From contig OZ241993.1 in the NCBI GenBank assembly GCA_965204575.1, positions 1,408,001 through 1,472,000 on the forward strand: a stretch of DNA of 64,000 nt. Direction: 5' to 3'. This document shows positions 51,647 through 61,786 of this stretch, piece by piece. Position numbers and translations under genes: made by a program. The stretch's first letter is position 1, and the number at the start of each line of letters is the position of its first letter. Origin of the DNA: an uncultured candidatus Porisulfidus sp. GTDB lineage: Bacteria; Pseudomonadota; Gammaproteobacteria; Poriferisulfidales; Poriferisulfidaceae. The notes under the pieces are model-generated. The model was not told where the DNA came from. It saw nothing but the letters and a program-made list of their open reading frames with translations, and did no database searches.

Positions 51647-52993
51647 ATGAAAACCAAAATTTGGATAACGGGTCTCGCTATGGCCACCGCCATGTCTGCG
51701 ACCGCTCCAGTGATGGCCGAAGGGGACGTCTACATCCCCATGCCGGTCTATCGAGTGGGGCCGTACGCAACGGGTGGCACCGGCTACTTCGGTGGAATCA
51801 TCGATTACTACACATTGATGAACATGACCGAAGGCGGTGTTGGTGGCATGAATATCATCTGGAATGAGTGTGAGACCAACTACAACGACCAAAAGGGCGT
51901 GGAGTGCTATCACCGGCAGAAAGAATTCCAGGGCAAGCAAGCTCTGTTCTTCGATCCTCTGTCCGTGGGTATCTCCACTTCTCTAGTCGCGCAGGGCCGT
52001 AAGGATAAGATTGCCATCATCGCAGTCAACCACGGCCGTACCGAAGGTCAGCGTGGTGACGTCTTCCCGTACTACTTCATGCCAGGTATTAACACCTATG
52101 ACGAGCATTCCATCATCACCGCCTACATCGGCGAGTTGGAAGGCGGCATGGAGAATCTGGCGGGCAAGAAGATCGTCCTACTGTTCCACGGTTCCACTTA
52201 TGGCCGTGAGGCAGTTGAGTTCACGCACATGCTTTGCGAGAAGCACAATTGCTCATCTGAAGCGATCGAAGTTCCCCATCCGGGCAACGAGCAGACTTCA
52301 CAGTGGCTGAAAATCCGCCGCTCGAAGCCTGACTACGTGGTGCTGCGTGGCTGGGGTGTGATGAATCCGGTTGCCATGCAGACTGGTGTCCGCATGGGCT
52401 TCCCGATTTCCAACCTGATCGGCAACATCTGGAGCAACGACGACGGTGACGTCAAGCCGGCTGGCTCTTCCGCCAACGGTTACCAGGCCATTACCACGCA
52501 CCCGACGGGTCGTGTGGCTAAGGTGATTGACGAGATCGTGGCAAAGCTGTATGACCAAGGCAAGGGTGACCTCGAAGATAAATCCCGTATTGGTTCCAAC
52601 TACTGGAACCTCGGCGTGATGGCTGGTGTCATCCACCTAGAGGCGGTTCGCGTTGCACAGGCTCGTTTCGGGGCTGATGTCAACTCCGCTCAGGTGCGCT
52701 GGGGCTTTGAGAACCTGAACCTGGATACTGCACGCCTGACCGAGTTGGGCGCTAACGGTCTGGTTCCGGAAATCATCACCAACTGCATGGACCATGTAGG
52801 CGGCCACCAGGCCAAGTTCATGCGTTGGGTATATGCCGAGACGAAGTGGGAAGTCGCAAGTGACTGGATTGATGGTGACGTTGAGCTTTCTCAAGCCATC
52901 ATCGATGCCAAGGCAGAAAATGCAATCGAGAACGAGGGGATTACCCCGCGTGATTGCAACGATCCTGCACAGCGCGACGACTTCGACGTCTAA
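51647..52993 (+). CDS. ABC substrate-binding protein (LivJ-like family)
   Basis: signal peptide; YRVGPYA, ECET.Y..GVECY, WGVMN motifs; AGGAGG RBS. Confidence 0.88.
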   Translation: MKTKIWITGLAMATAMSATAPVMAEGDVYIPMPVYRVGPYATGGTGYFGGIIDYYTLMNMTEGGVGGMNIIWNECETNYNDQKGVECYHRQKEFQGKQALFFDPLSVGISTSLVAQGRKDKIAIIAVNHGRTEGQRGDVFPYYFMPGINTYDEHSIITAYIGELEGGMENLAGKKIVLLFHGSTYGREAVEFTHMLCEKHNCSSEAIEVPHPGNEQTSQWLKIRRSKPDYVVLRGWGVMNPVAMQTGVRMGFPISNLIGNIWSNDDGDVKPAGSSANGYQAITTHPTGRVAKVIDEIVAKLYDQGKGDLEDKSRIGSNYWNLGVMAGVIHLEAVRVAQARFGADVNSAQVRWGFENLNLDTARLTELGANGLVPEIITNCMDHVGGHQAKFMRWVYAETKWEVASDWIDGDVELSQAIIDAKAENAIENEGITPRDCNDPAQRDDFDV

Positions 52994-53144
52994 TCGAAGC
53001 GGTATGCATTCAGAGGAACGGCGGGGGGCAACCCCCGCCCGACCTCTTCCCTCTAGAGGGGCGATTTGTAGAAAAGGTTGCCTCTGACGCCAAGCGTGTT
53101 CCGCTTCGCCTCAGACCCAGCCCCACACAACTGGAGCTAGAATC

Positions 53145-53951
53145 ATGACTGATGTCTTGCTTTCCATCAACAATATTGAAGTTACTTACGCCCGCGTGAT
53201 TCTGGCCTTGCGCGGCATCAGCCTGCAGGTAAAGAAGGGCGCCATCGTTTCGTTGCTGGGCGCCAACGGAGCCGGCAAGACGACAACCCTCAAGGCATGC
53301 TCCAACTTGTTGCCGGCTGAACGCGGCGAGATCAGCAAGGGTTCGATTGAGCTTCTCGGTGAAGATACCGCGGGAATGAGTGCATATGATCTGGTGAAAA
53401 GCGGCGTTTCACAGGTGTTGGAGGGGCGGCACTGCTTCTCGCATCTAACGGTGGAAGAGAACCTGATGACCGGCTCATTCATCCACGAAGACCGTGCGCA
53501 GGCGAAAAAGGATCTGGAACTGGTCTACGAATACTTCCCTCGCATCAAAGTGCGCAGGAAAAGTGAAGCCGGTTTCACCTCCGGCGGCGAGCAGCAGATG
53601 GTCGCCATTGGCCGGGCCTTGATGTCGCGACCGAAACTTATTCTGCTTGACGAACCGTCGATGGGTATTGCTCCTCAGTTGGTTGAAGAAGTGTTCGAAA
53701 TCGTACAAAACCTCAACAAGAACGAAGGGGTGAGCTTCCTGGTTGCCGAGCAGAATGCCCGGATCGCGCTCAAGTACGCAACTGAAGCCTATGTGGTTGA
53801 AAACGGGCGCGTCATGCTGCGTGGGCCTTCCGAGGAACTGATGGGGCGGGCCGACGTGCAGGAGTTGTATTTGGGATCTGGTGCCGACGAAGGCGGCGAA
53901 AGTTTCCGCGACGTCAAGCACTACCACCGCCGGCGGCCCTCGTTCGCCTGA
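53145..53951 (+). CDS. ABC transporter ATP-binding protein (LivF-like)
   Basis: GANGAGKTT, SGGEQQM, LLDEPSMG motifs. Confidence 0.92.
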   Translation: MTDVLLSINNIEVTYARVILALRGISLQVKKGAIVSLLGANGAGKTTTLKACSNLLPAERGEISKGSIELLGEDTAGMSAYDLVKSGVSQVLEGRHCFSHLTVEENLMTGSFIHEDRAQAKKDLELVYEYFPRIKVRRKSEAGFTSGGEQQMVAIGRALMSRPKLILLDEPSMGIAPQLVEEVFEIVQNLNKNEGVSFLVAEQNARIALKYATEAYVVENGRVMLRGPSEELMGRADVQELYLGSGADEGGESFRDVKHYHRRRPSFA

Positions 53952-54049
53952 TTTGGAGTCTCCTGCGACCCTGCGAGCAGGTATTTGCCGATTCTCATTG
54001 GCGGAAAAATCGAAAATGGGTTATTCTAGAGGCCGTACCGACTGACACC

Positions 54050-54139
54050 ATGATTAAAAGTTCGTACGATTTCCATTACCCCGACACGGTTTCGCACCGT
54101 GTTGCTTTGCTTCGGTCTGCTTTCCTGCTGCCGCGATAG
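54050..54139 (+). promoter_or_regulatory. candidate leucine leader peptide (29 aa)
   Basis: MIKSSYDFHYPDTVSHRVALLRSAFLLPR with two Leu-Leu pairs; hairpin over the stop codon; upstream of leuA. Confidence 0.45.
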
Positions 54140-54245
54140 CGGCAGAACCACACGACTCTACAACCGATTCGGCGCGTAAAACGCCTAAACCAGTTGACCC
54201 AATGCCCCCGCAATAGTGGGGCCAAAGCCAAGGGAAGATCCAGAA

Positions 54246-55784
54246 ATGGACAAGTTGATCATTTTCGACACCACACTCCGGGACGGTGAGCAGAGCCCCG
54301 GGGCTTCCATGACAAGGGACGAGAAGTTGAATATCGCCCGTGCCTTGGGAAAAATGCGTATTGATGTCATTGAAGCGGGGTTCCCGATTGCCAGCCCGGA
54401 CGAATTCGAATCCGTTAAGCAGATCGGAAAAGCGGTCACCAGCAGTACGGTCTGCGGGCTGGCGCGTGCCTTGGACAAGGACATCGACCGGGCGGGGGAA
54501 GCACTGAGGACGGCCGCACGCCCTCGCATTCATACATTCATCGCGACCTCTCCAATTCATATGGAGCAAAAGCTCCATATGCAACCGGAACAGGTGATCG
54601 AGCATGCCGTGGCGGCGGTAAAACGGGCTCGAAAATATACCGACGATGTGGAATTCTCTCCGGAGGATGCCGGGCGTTCGGAACGGGATTTCCTGTGCCG
54701 AATCGTCGAGGCGGTAATAGCGGCAGGGGCCGGGACTATCAATATTCCAGACACGGTGGGATACAGCCTGCCATTCCAGTTTGGCGAATTGGTGGGAGAA
54801 TTGATCGAACGCATCCCGAATTCGGATCAGGCCGTGTTTTCGGTTCACTGCCACAACGACCTGGGCTTGGCTGTTGCCAACTCTCTGTTGGCTGTGCGTC
54901 ACGGCGCCCGCCAGGTCGAATGCACGATCAACGGTTTGGGAGAGCGGGCAGGGAATGCCTCACTTGAAGAGATCGTCATGGCCGTGCGTACGCGCCAAGA
55001 CGTGTTTGATTGCGATACTGAGATCGACACGACCCAGATCGTGCCGACTTCACGCCTTGTTTCCAGTGTGACGGGTTTTCCAGTACAACCGAATAAAGCA
55101 ATCGTGGGAGCCAATGCATTTGCGCATGAATCCGGTATTCACCAGGACGGCGTGCTCAAATACCGGGAAACCTATGAAATCATGCGTGCTCAGGATGTGG
55201 GTTGGTCCGACAATCGAATCGTCTTGGGGAAACATTCCGGACGGCGCGCCATCATGGATCGTATCCAGAAGCTCGGCATCCTGATCGAGGGTGACGAGAT
55301 GGATTCCTTCTTCGCCCGTTTCAAGGAATTGGCAGACCGCAAGCATGAAATCTATGACGATGATCTGCGGAGATTGGCGCTGGTGGACACCGACTCATCG
55401 GATCAAGGGGTTTATCAACTGGTTGACCTTGAAGTCACTTCGAAAGTCGGAACAACGCCTGTGGCGCGTGTCACCTTGGCACGGGACAGTGAGCAATTCG
55501 AGGGGGAGGCCTCCGGGGGAGGACCTGTCGACGCATCCTTCAGAGCGATTGAGGATATCGTCAATTCAGAGTCCGAGTTGCAGCTGTATTCGGTCAATAA
55601 CATCACGACCGGGACGGATGCCCAGGGCGAGGTGACCGTGCGCCTGAGAAAAAATGGCGTGGTGGTCAATGGACAAGGCGCGCACACGGATATTGTCATT
55701 GCTTCTGCACATGCGTACCTGAATGCACTTGGGAAGCTGATCCGGGAACCTGGCCGAATGCATCCGCAGCTGGATCACATATAA
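54246..55784 (+). CDS. leuA: 2-isopropylmalate synthase
   Basis: [32 protein letters not shown] motifs. Confidence 0.96.
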   Translation: MDKLIIFDTTLRDGEQSPGASMTRDEKLNIARALGKMRIDVIEAGFPIASPDEFESVKQIGKAVTSSTVCGLARALDKDIDRAGEALRTAARPRIHTFIATSPIHMEQKLHMQPEQVIEHAVAAVKRARKYTDDVEFSPEDAGRSERDFLCRIVEAVIAAGAGTINIPDTVGYSLPFQFGELVGELIERIPNSDQAVFSVHCHNDLGLAVANSLLAVRHGARQVECTINGLGERAGNASLEEIVMAVRTRQDVFDCDTEIDTTQIVPTSRLVSSVTGFPVQPNKAIVGANAFAHESGIHQDGVLKYRETYEIMRAQDVGWSDNRIVLGKHSGRRAIMDRIQKLGILIEGDEMDSFFARFKELADRKHEIYDDDLRRLALVDTDSSDQGVYQLVDLEVTSKVGTTPVARVTLARDSEQFEGEASGGGPVDASFRAIEDIVNSESELQLYSVNNITTGTDAQGEVTVRLRKNGVVVNGQGAHTDIVIASAHAYLNALGKLIREPGRMHPQLDHI

Positions 55785-55814
55785 GGTGAGAGCCTGATCT
55801 CCGACAGCAAAATC

Positions 55815-56615
55815 ATGCCGAGTGACCCACACCTCGAAGAGTTAGGCCTGAGCCGATGGAGCCATCGAGATCAGAATGCAGCAGATGGAGCAGCGAAAGA
55901 ATCGCAGGGAGACGATGAATTGACGGCACTTGAGGCCGCTGAAGAGATAGAAGAGGAGAAGTCCACCACGACCCTGACGCTCGACGCCAATGCACAGCAT
56001 CTTCGCAAATGGCGTGTGGTGCGCAAGGAGGTTTCGGGGTGTGTGCTGTGTGAATTGCACCGGACCCGGAAGAATACGGTCTTCGGCGTGGGGAATGAAA
56101 ACGCAGACCTGATGTTAATTGGTGAGGCTCCCGGAGCAGATGAAGATGCCCAGGGAGAACCATTCGTTGGTCGAGCCGGGAAACTACTGGACAGCATGCT
56201 GGAAGCAATCGGATTGAGCCGGGATCGGGTGTTCATTGCGAATATCCTGAAATGTCGTCCGCCGAACAATGAAAACCCGACACCGGAGCAGGCGGAGACA
56301 TGCCGACCCTACCTGGATCGCCAAATTGAGCTGATTCAGCCAAAAGTCATATTGGCGCTGGGTGCCGTGGCAGCACATAATCTCCTAGAAGTAGAGACGC
56401 CCATCGGTCGGATGCGTGGTACCGTGTTCGAAATGTCAAAATCGGGAATCCCCGTTATTCCCACCTACCACCCGGCCTACCTGCTCCGCCGGCCACAGGG
56501 AAAAGCTCAGTCGCTGGAAGATCTTCTTCTGCTATGCAAGACGCTCGAAGAGTTGGGCGTAAAAACTAATTCTTTCGGATCAGGAACCGCGGCGGACCGA
56601 GAGGCGGCATCTTAA
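55815..56615 (+). CDS. family-4 uracil-DNA glycosylase
   Basis: C..C.L Fe-S motif, [19 protein letters not shown]. Confidence 0.92.
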   Translation: MPSDPHLEELGLSRWSHRDQNAADGAAKESQGDDELTALEAAEEIEEEKSTTTLTLDANAQHLRKWRVVRKEVSGCVLCELHRTRKNTVFGVGNENADLMLIGEAPGADEDAQGEPFVGRAGKLLDSMLEAIGLSRDRVFIANILKCRPPNNENPTPEQAETCRPYLDRQIELIQPKVILALGAVAAHNLLEVETPIGRMRGTVFEMSKSGIPVIPTYHPAYLLRRPQGKAQSLEDLLLLCKTLEELGVKTNSFGSGTAADREAAS

Positions 56616-56652
56616 AACCTATCGCCGCCGGTTGACAGCCGGAAAGGATCCG

Positions 56653-59469
56653 CTACACGGAATTCCCGATTTCCACATCTTTGCGGCACACTCCCTGTGC
56701 GTAACAATAAGCACAGGTCGCTTCGTCGCCATGAGCCGGCATTTCATGGCTTGCACGCAAATCCTGGAACATTTCACGTAACCGGCCGTGCACTTTTTGG
56801 CTGAGCGCTTCCAGAGATTCTCCTTCCACGGACGTCAGAGGTTTCCCTTTCTTTGGATCTTGGTTCAACCACCAGTACTCTGCTCGTTCGATGGGTTCTG
56901 CCATCAGCGCGTAGCTGGTCAGTTGAACCTGCTCGCCACTTTGCACTTCATCTTCGGAAACCTTTCTAGAGCCCGTCTTATAGTCGATCACGATGCGATT
57001 CTCGTCCTTGTCCTTATCCATTCGGTCAATGCGGCCGCAAAGCATTAGGCTGTCATCAACCCTATTCTCCATCTTTTCTTCGATTTCAATAATAACCTGA
57101 TGGTTTTCAATAGATTTCTGAAGATTGATGTAGTGACGAACAATGGATCTCCAGCGCTCCAGGAAAACGACGTTCGAAAGGCTGGGGGTCAGTCGCTCCA
57201 TGAAATGTGTGCCGATTTCCTGCAACAGTTCGAACGCAGCGGCCTCATGTCCGCTGATCGAGCCTCGCCAGGGTCCCGGGGTGCCGGGAATACCGGAATG
57301 AAAAGCTTCCAGGCACCGGTGGACATAGCGGCCAAACTCCATGTTGTCCATTTCCTCGCGGATCATGTCGGTTTCCCGTATGCGGAGCATGTCGCGGACA
57401 TAGAAGCTGTACGGACAATCGACCAAGGCTTGATGCCCACTGGCCGAGATATTTTTTGGCAGCAGGTCTGGGCTGGCGGGAGGATGCGGCATGATTTCGG
57501 AAGCAGTTTCGCGAATCTGAAGCCCGAGAGGCCGTACCCAGGCATCTGGATGCAGGCTGAGCATAGGCAAGGACAGGTCTTTGAGTGAGTCCTTGTATGC
57601 CAGGCGCTTGTATGCCAGGCGATGGAACACGTCGATCTGGGTCCACCAGATGCTTGGCAGGAGCGGCTCATCCTGATCAGTTTTCTGGTAAGCCAGGAGA
57701 ACCAGTTCGGCGGACAGAATCAGGGACAGGAATCGCTGTAAATCCAGTTTCTTGAGTTCGGTGCGGGTGGGCAGCCCCAGATCGCCACGAACCGAGTCAT
57801 TGAATACGAGGAAAGAGGAATCCGTGCCCGGATAGTGACGGGAGTCCATGCCGGCGACGATCAGGCGATCAAATTGGGCGAGATGGGCATGGTTGAGGTT
57901 AATCAGGGAAACCAAATCTTGGGAGGACCTGTGCCGGAAGTTCTGTTGTTCCAGCGTCCAGCGCAAAAGGGCATCCCATTGGGATTTCGGTAGCCGGACT
58001 TCGTTCTGCGATAACTGAAAACACATGCGGTCCAGTTCCGATAAAACCTGTTTCCCGACTTCGTCGCTCGCCAGACAAGGCCGGCAGCCCAGAAGGTCTA
58101 GGCTTTCCAGCAGGGCTTCCATATACTCTCCGCCGGTAGATTCGCGCAGCGCCTGTAAGGGGCGGGCGGCTTGCTCGACTTGATCCAGCATGTCCAGCCA
58201 GTCGGGCTCTCCATCCGCGATCCGGCGGTAGTTTTCCAAGTCATTGTGAATATTGCTGCGATGCAGAAGTTGTTCGAAATCCCCGATTTGTTCTGGCTCG
58301 CCGGAGGTTCCCTTCAGGCGCACGAACGGAGACTTGAGAATGTCCAGAAGCGCCAGGTAGTGAAAATCCTCGTTCAGACATTCGAGCCATCGCGCGACCA
58401 TGCTGGCTGCGCTCGTGGTGGAAAGCGCCCAACCGGCGTAGTCCCGGATCTGAATGCCGGCACGCTCCAACAGGGCGCGAACCCGGCGTGCCAGCTTCCG
58501 GTCCTCTGTGACCAAACCAATATTCCGGTGCCCTTCCTTGAGCCAGCGCCGGATCTGGATATCGATTCCACGAGCGTGGGGCTCCGCCTGCTCTGCGACG
58601 AACGTGGAAAGTCTGCCCTTTAGCGGATCTTGCGGGCAATCCAGCAGACAGGCTTGCGCGCGTTCGACCATGGTGGATTTTTCCTGCGCGAAAGCCTTTT
58701 GAAGAACGGTAGCATAGGGAGAGGGCGGGTTGCTGGCAGCAGGCGCTTCCGCATCCAGGGCAATGAGGGACTGCGATCGGGTGAAGATGGAGACGGGAAT
58801 TTCCTGGTCCAATTGCTTGAGCGCCTCGATTTCTGCTGCCGCAAGCCGGTCATGGCCGCAGACATAGATGGCTTCCGTTTCCAGAGGGGGAGCCAGATGT
58901 CGCAAAGCCTCGCGGTAGTATTTCCCCGAACTGAGGAAATTCCCTGAACCTTTGCTCCAGGCGGTCCACAGCAGATGAATGATGCGAGCTTCGTTGCCCA
59001 ATTGCTCAGGAGGTTCGTCGGCAATACGGTAGGAATCCTGAAGTCGTGAAGTCAACTCTTCCTGATCTGATGGCAGTGAAACCTCGTTGAGCCAAAGCTG
59101 ATCGAACAATTCCATCATCTCGCGGGCAAGCGACCAGGAGTTCGCTTGCTCTAGCGACCGCAAGGTCTCGCTTTTTTGCAGGACGGCCACGAGGTCCAGC
59201 AGTTCGGATAGATGGTTCTCCGTGCCATTGAAGCGGCTGTGCTGCCGTGCCCATGCCTGGAAAGTCAGGATAGGAGGCAGCAGTAAGCCATGGTGGTTAG
59301 GTTCGGCGCCGTTGAGCAACGCCGACCGTAAGGCTCGGCCCGATGTGACATTCGGCACCAGGATCGCAAGGCGAGTCAGGTCCGGCAGGGCTGCCGCATG
59401 GTGTTCCAGGATGGCTTGGGCGCAATAGCCCCCAAGCGGCATATGCAAAGGGCAGGCGATTCGCCTCAT
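56653..59469 (-). CDS. AddB-like protein with C-terminal PD-(D/E)xK nuclease and Fe-S cysteines
   Basis: CPYSF, GRIDRMD..IDYKTG, QL..Y, CAYC.AQGVCR motifs. Confidence 0.8.
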   Translation of the reverse strand: MRRIACPLHMPLGGYCAQAILEHHAAALPDLTRLAILVPNVTSGRALRSALLNGAEPNHHGLLLPPILTFQAWARQHSRFNGTENHLSELLDLVAVLQKSETLRSLEQANSWSLAREMMELFDQLWLNEVSLPSDQEELTSRLQDSYRIADEPPEQLGNEARIIHLLWTAWSKGSGNFLSSGKYYREALRHLAPPLETEAIYVCGHDRLAAAEIEALKQLDQEIPVSIFTRSQSLIALDAEAPAASNPPSPYATVLQKAFAQEKSTMVERAQACLLDCPQDPLKGRLSTFVAEQAEPHARGIDIQIRRWLKEGHRNIGLVTEDRKLARRVRALLERAGIQIRDYAGWALSTTSAASMVARWLECLNEDFHYLALLDILKSPFVRLKGTSGEPEQIGDFEQLLHRSNIHNDLENYRRIADGEPDWLDMLDQVEQAARPLQALRESTGGEYMEALLESLDLLGCRPCLASDEVGKQVLSELDRMCFQLSQNEVRLPKSQWDALLRWTLEQQNFRHRSSQDLVSLINLNHAHLAQFDRLIVAGMDSRHYPGTDSSFLVFNDSVRGDLGLPTRTELKKLDLQRFLSLILSAELVLLAYQKTDQDEPLLPSIWWTQIDVFHRLAYKRLAYKDSLKDLSLPMLSLHPDAWVRPLGLQIRETASEIMPHPPASPDLLPKNISASGHQALVDCPYSFYVRDMLRIRETDMIREEMDNMEFGRYVHRCLEAFHSGIPGTPGPWRGSISGHEAAAFELLQEIGTHFMERLTPSLSNVVFLERWRSIVRHYINLQKSIENHQVIIEIEEKMENRVDDSLMLCGRIDRMDKDKDENRIVIDYKTGSRKVSEDEVQSGEQVQLTSYALMAEPIERAEYWWLNQDPKKGKPLTSVEGESLEALSQKVHGRLREMFQDLRASHEMPAHGDEATCAYCYAQGVCRKDVEIGNSV

Positions 59470-59793
59470 TCAGAGTTCGAGCAACGCTCTTTTTCCGGGC
59501 TTGCCACGCCACTCGTCCGCATCAGGTGGAGGAGGTTTCTGGCGGCTGATTTCCGGCCATTCGCTGGCCAGGTCGGCATTAATCTGGAGGAACTCTTGCT
59601 GATCCTCGGGAATGTCTTTTTCTGGCACGATGGCATCAATCGGGCATTCCGGCACGCATAGGGCGCAGTCGATGCACTCTTCGGGGTCGATTACCAGGAA
59701 ATTCGGGCCTTCGTGGAAACATTCGACCGGGCAGACTTCCACGCAATCGGTGTATTTACATTTAATGCAGTCTTCAAGAACGACGAACGTCAT
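59470..59793 (-). CDS. fdxA: 7Fe ferredoxin
   Basis: [15 protein letters not shown] and [12 protein letters not shown] motifs. Confidence 0.95.
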   Translation of the reverse strand: MTFVVLEDCIKCKYTDCVEVCPVECFHEGPNFLVIDPEECIDCALCVPECPIDAIVPEKDIPEDQQEFLQINADLASEWPEISRQKPPPPDADEWRGKPGKRALLEL

Positions 59794-59876
59794 GGGTCGA
59801 CCGAGGCTATACAGGGAGATCAGCGTGGCGCACAGTATATCGAATTACCGAGCGCAACCTTGCAAAGAATCTGGAG

Positions 59877-60234
59877 TGGTGGAGGTGGCGGGAATCGAAC
59901 CCGCGTCCGGCAGTTCCTCCTCTTCGGCCCTACATGCTTAGCACCGTCTTTTGTCTCGCGATCAACACCCGACGGACAGGGCCCGATGATCACCAGCCTG
60001 CATGTTGACTTTAACCTTTCGGCTCCAGACAGACCGAACGGCGATCTTGTGTAGTCGACATCCATATCGGGGTCCACAAGCATCTCCCGAAAGGATGACT
60101 AGCCGGGATTAAGCGGCTAGTGCGTAGTTGTCGTCGTTGGCAACTAATTTTTTCGCAACCGTTTTTTACGAGGTCGTTGCCGCCTCGGCATGCGCCTTGG
60201 ATTTAGTAACCGCCGTCGAAGCCAGGTCACCCCC
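59877..60234 (-). ncRNA. ssrA: tmRNA
   Basis: 5' GGGGGTGAC; 3' GGTTCGATTCCC..CACCTCCACCA; tag ORF ANDDNYALAA* at 60141-60109. Confidence 0.96.
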
Positions 60235-60267
60235 AAGTCATCTGGAACCATTATACGAGATAATAGG

Positions 60268-61726
60268 GGGGCTTCGAGGTTTTGTGTGGAAAGTCGTGAT
60301 AGAGTACACGATCATGCACCGAGCCTCCCGCTACCGTCTGTATCCGAACCAGGCGCAGGAGCGGCAGTTCACGCGGCTGTGCGGAGCCGGGCGGTTCGTC
60401 TACAACGAACTGCTGGCCAACCAGATCCGGGAATACAAGCGTTTCGAGGCCGGCGAGAGGGAAAGACCGGGGGTTTCGCAGTTTGATTTTGGCCCTCGGT
60501 TCACGCGGCTGAGAACGAAGGAAGGCCACGAGTGGTTGCGGGAACTGTCGTTTCCCATTGCCCGCAGTTCGGGCGCGTTTCCCCTAGCATCTGCGTTCGC
60601 GCATTTCTCCCGGCGGATTCGGGAAGGCAAGTGCGGCAAACAGGCCGGATTCCCCCGTTTTAAGGTCAAGGGCGTCAGCCGGGAGTCATTTACGATCCCG
60701 TACAACGTGAAGGTGAAGAAAAAGCGGCTTTGGGTGCCGAAGGTCGGCTGGATTCGGATGAACCGCAAGGCGCAATCGCGCACGCGGGGGGCGGACCCCT
60801 GGGACGGCGGCGAGGCCAAGGTTGCGGTGGTGTACCGGGAACTGGACAAGTGGTACGTGTCGGTGCTGTGGGAGGTGGAAGATCCGGACTGGCGCTGGCA
60901 CGGTGGGGTCTGCGGGATTGACCGCAACTCGGAGAACATCGCGGGAGCCTGGAGCGGCGGGCGGAGGCTGATCGAGATTCCGTACAAGCGGATCGGGAAG
61001 TACGAGGCGCGGGCGCGGCACTACCAGTGGCGGGCGAGCCGCCGGGAACGAATCGAACTGAAGGACTCTGACGGGGAGCCGGTGCGCACGAAGTCTGGGC
61101 GGGTGGTCAAGATAGCCTCGAACCGGCGCCGACGGTTGCAGTTGCGCGCGGCGAAGGCGAAGCGCAAGGCGGCGGAAATCCGCAGGGACTTCAGCCATCA
61201 GGCCTCGGCGGACCTGGCTCGGAACTTCCAGCACATCGTGCTGGAGGACCTGGACGTGCAGGCGATGCGGCGCTCGGCGCGGGGGACGAGGGAGAAGCCC
61301 GGAAAAAACGTCAAGGCGAAGTCCGCGCTGAACCGGAAGATGGCGCAGTCCTCCTGCATGGGGATGGTGGACCGTTTCCTTCAGTACAAGGCAGCGGACC
61401 TGATCCGGGTGCCGGCGCGGAACACCAGCCGGGCGTGCGCGGAATGCGGGCACGTGGAGGCGGACAACCGGAAGGAGCAGGCGCACTTCAAGTGCCAAGC
61501 CTGCGGACACACGGACAATGCGGACATCAACGCCACACGAAACATCCTGGACCTGGGATTGAACAGGCTCCTGGCCGGAGGCGCTCCGGTGACGGGACGG
61601 GGAGGGGACAACGAAGCGGGGGCATTCTTCTATGAGTGTCTAGTGGACACCGCCGATGATCCGTCAACGATGCAGTGGAACTACCGGGGCTCGCCCCCTG
61701 ATTTCCACACAAATTCGTGAAGCGCC
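60268..61726 (+). mobile_element. non-autonomous TnpB-only element with ISL3-like TIRs (copy 2)
   Basis: 24-bp imperfect TIRs (60268-60291 / 61703-61726, 19/24 match); perfect 8-bp duplication ATAATAGG (60260-60267 / 61727-61734). Confidence 0.88.
60314..61720 (+). CDS. tnpB: TnpB RNA-guided endonuclease (copy 2)
   Basis: same 468-codon length as copy 1; RuvC D/E/D residues and zinc finger retained. Confidence 0.93.
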   Translation: MHRASRYRLYPNQAQERQFTRLCGAGRFVYNELLANQIREYKRFEAGERERPGVSQFDFGPRFTRLRTKEGHEWLRELSFPIARSSGAFPLASAFAHFSRRIREGKCGKQAGFPRFKVKGVSRESFTIPYNVKVKKKRLWVPKVGWIRMNRKAQSRTRGADPWDGGEAKVAVVYRELDKWYVSVLWEVEDPDWRWHGGVCGIDRNSENIAGAWSGGRRLIEIPYKRIGKYEARARHYQWRASRRERIELKDSDGEPVRTKSGRVVKIASNRRRRLQLRAAKAKRKAAEIRRDFSHQASADLARNFQHIVLEDLDVQAMRRSARGTREKPGKNVKAKSALNRKMAQSSCMGMVDRFLQYKAADLIRVPARNTSRACAECGHVEADNRKEQAHFKCQACGHTDNADINATRNILDLGLNRLLAGGAPVTGRGGDNEAGAFFYECLVDTADDPSTMQWNYRGSPPDFHTNS

Positions 61727-61786
61727 ATAATAGGCATGGAGTTCGCCTGCCTATCCGTACGAACCGATCCTCCGGCCGTCATTTTC

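Noticed and set aside
53020-53040. GC hairpin after the substrate-binding protein gene
   Set aside because: It is an ordinary intra-operon stabiliser or attenuator typical of ABC operons, and is not repeated elsewhere in the window.
60128-60313. 62-aa N-terminal extension of TnpB copy 2 in the ORF track
   Set aside because: It runs antisense through tmRNA and across the element boundary; copy 1 shows the true start is the ATG at 60314.
45214-61726. Composite transposon formed by the two tnpB copies
   Set aside because: Each copy has its own different duplication, the outer flanks do not match, and the intervening DNA includes core genes (leuA, fdxA, ssrA).
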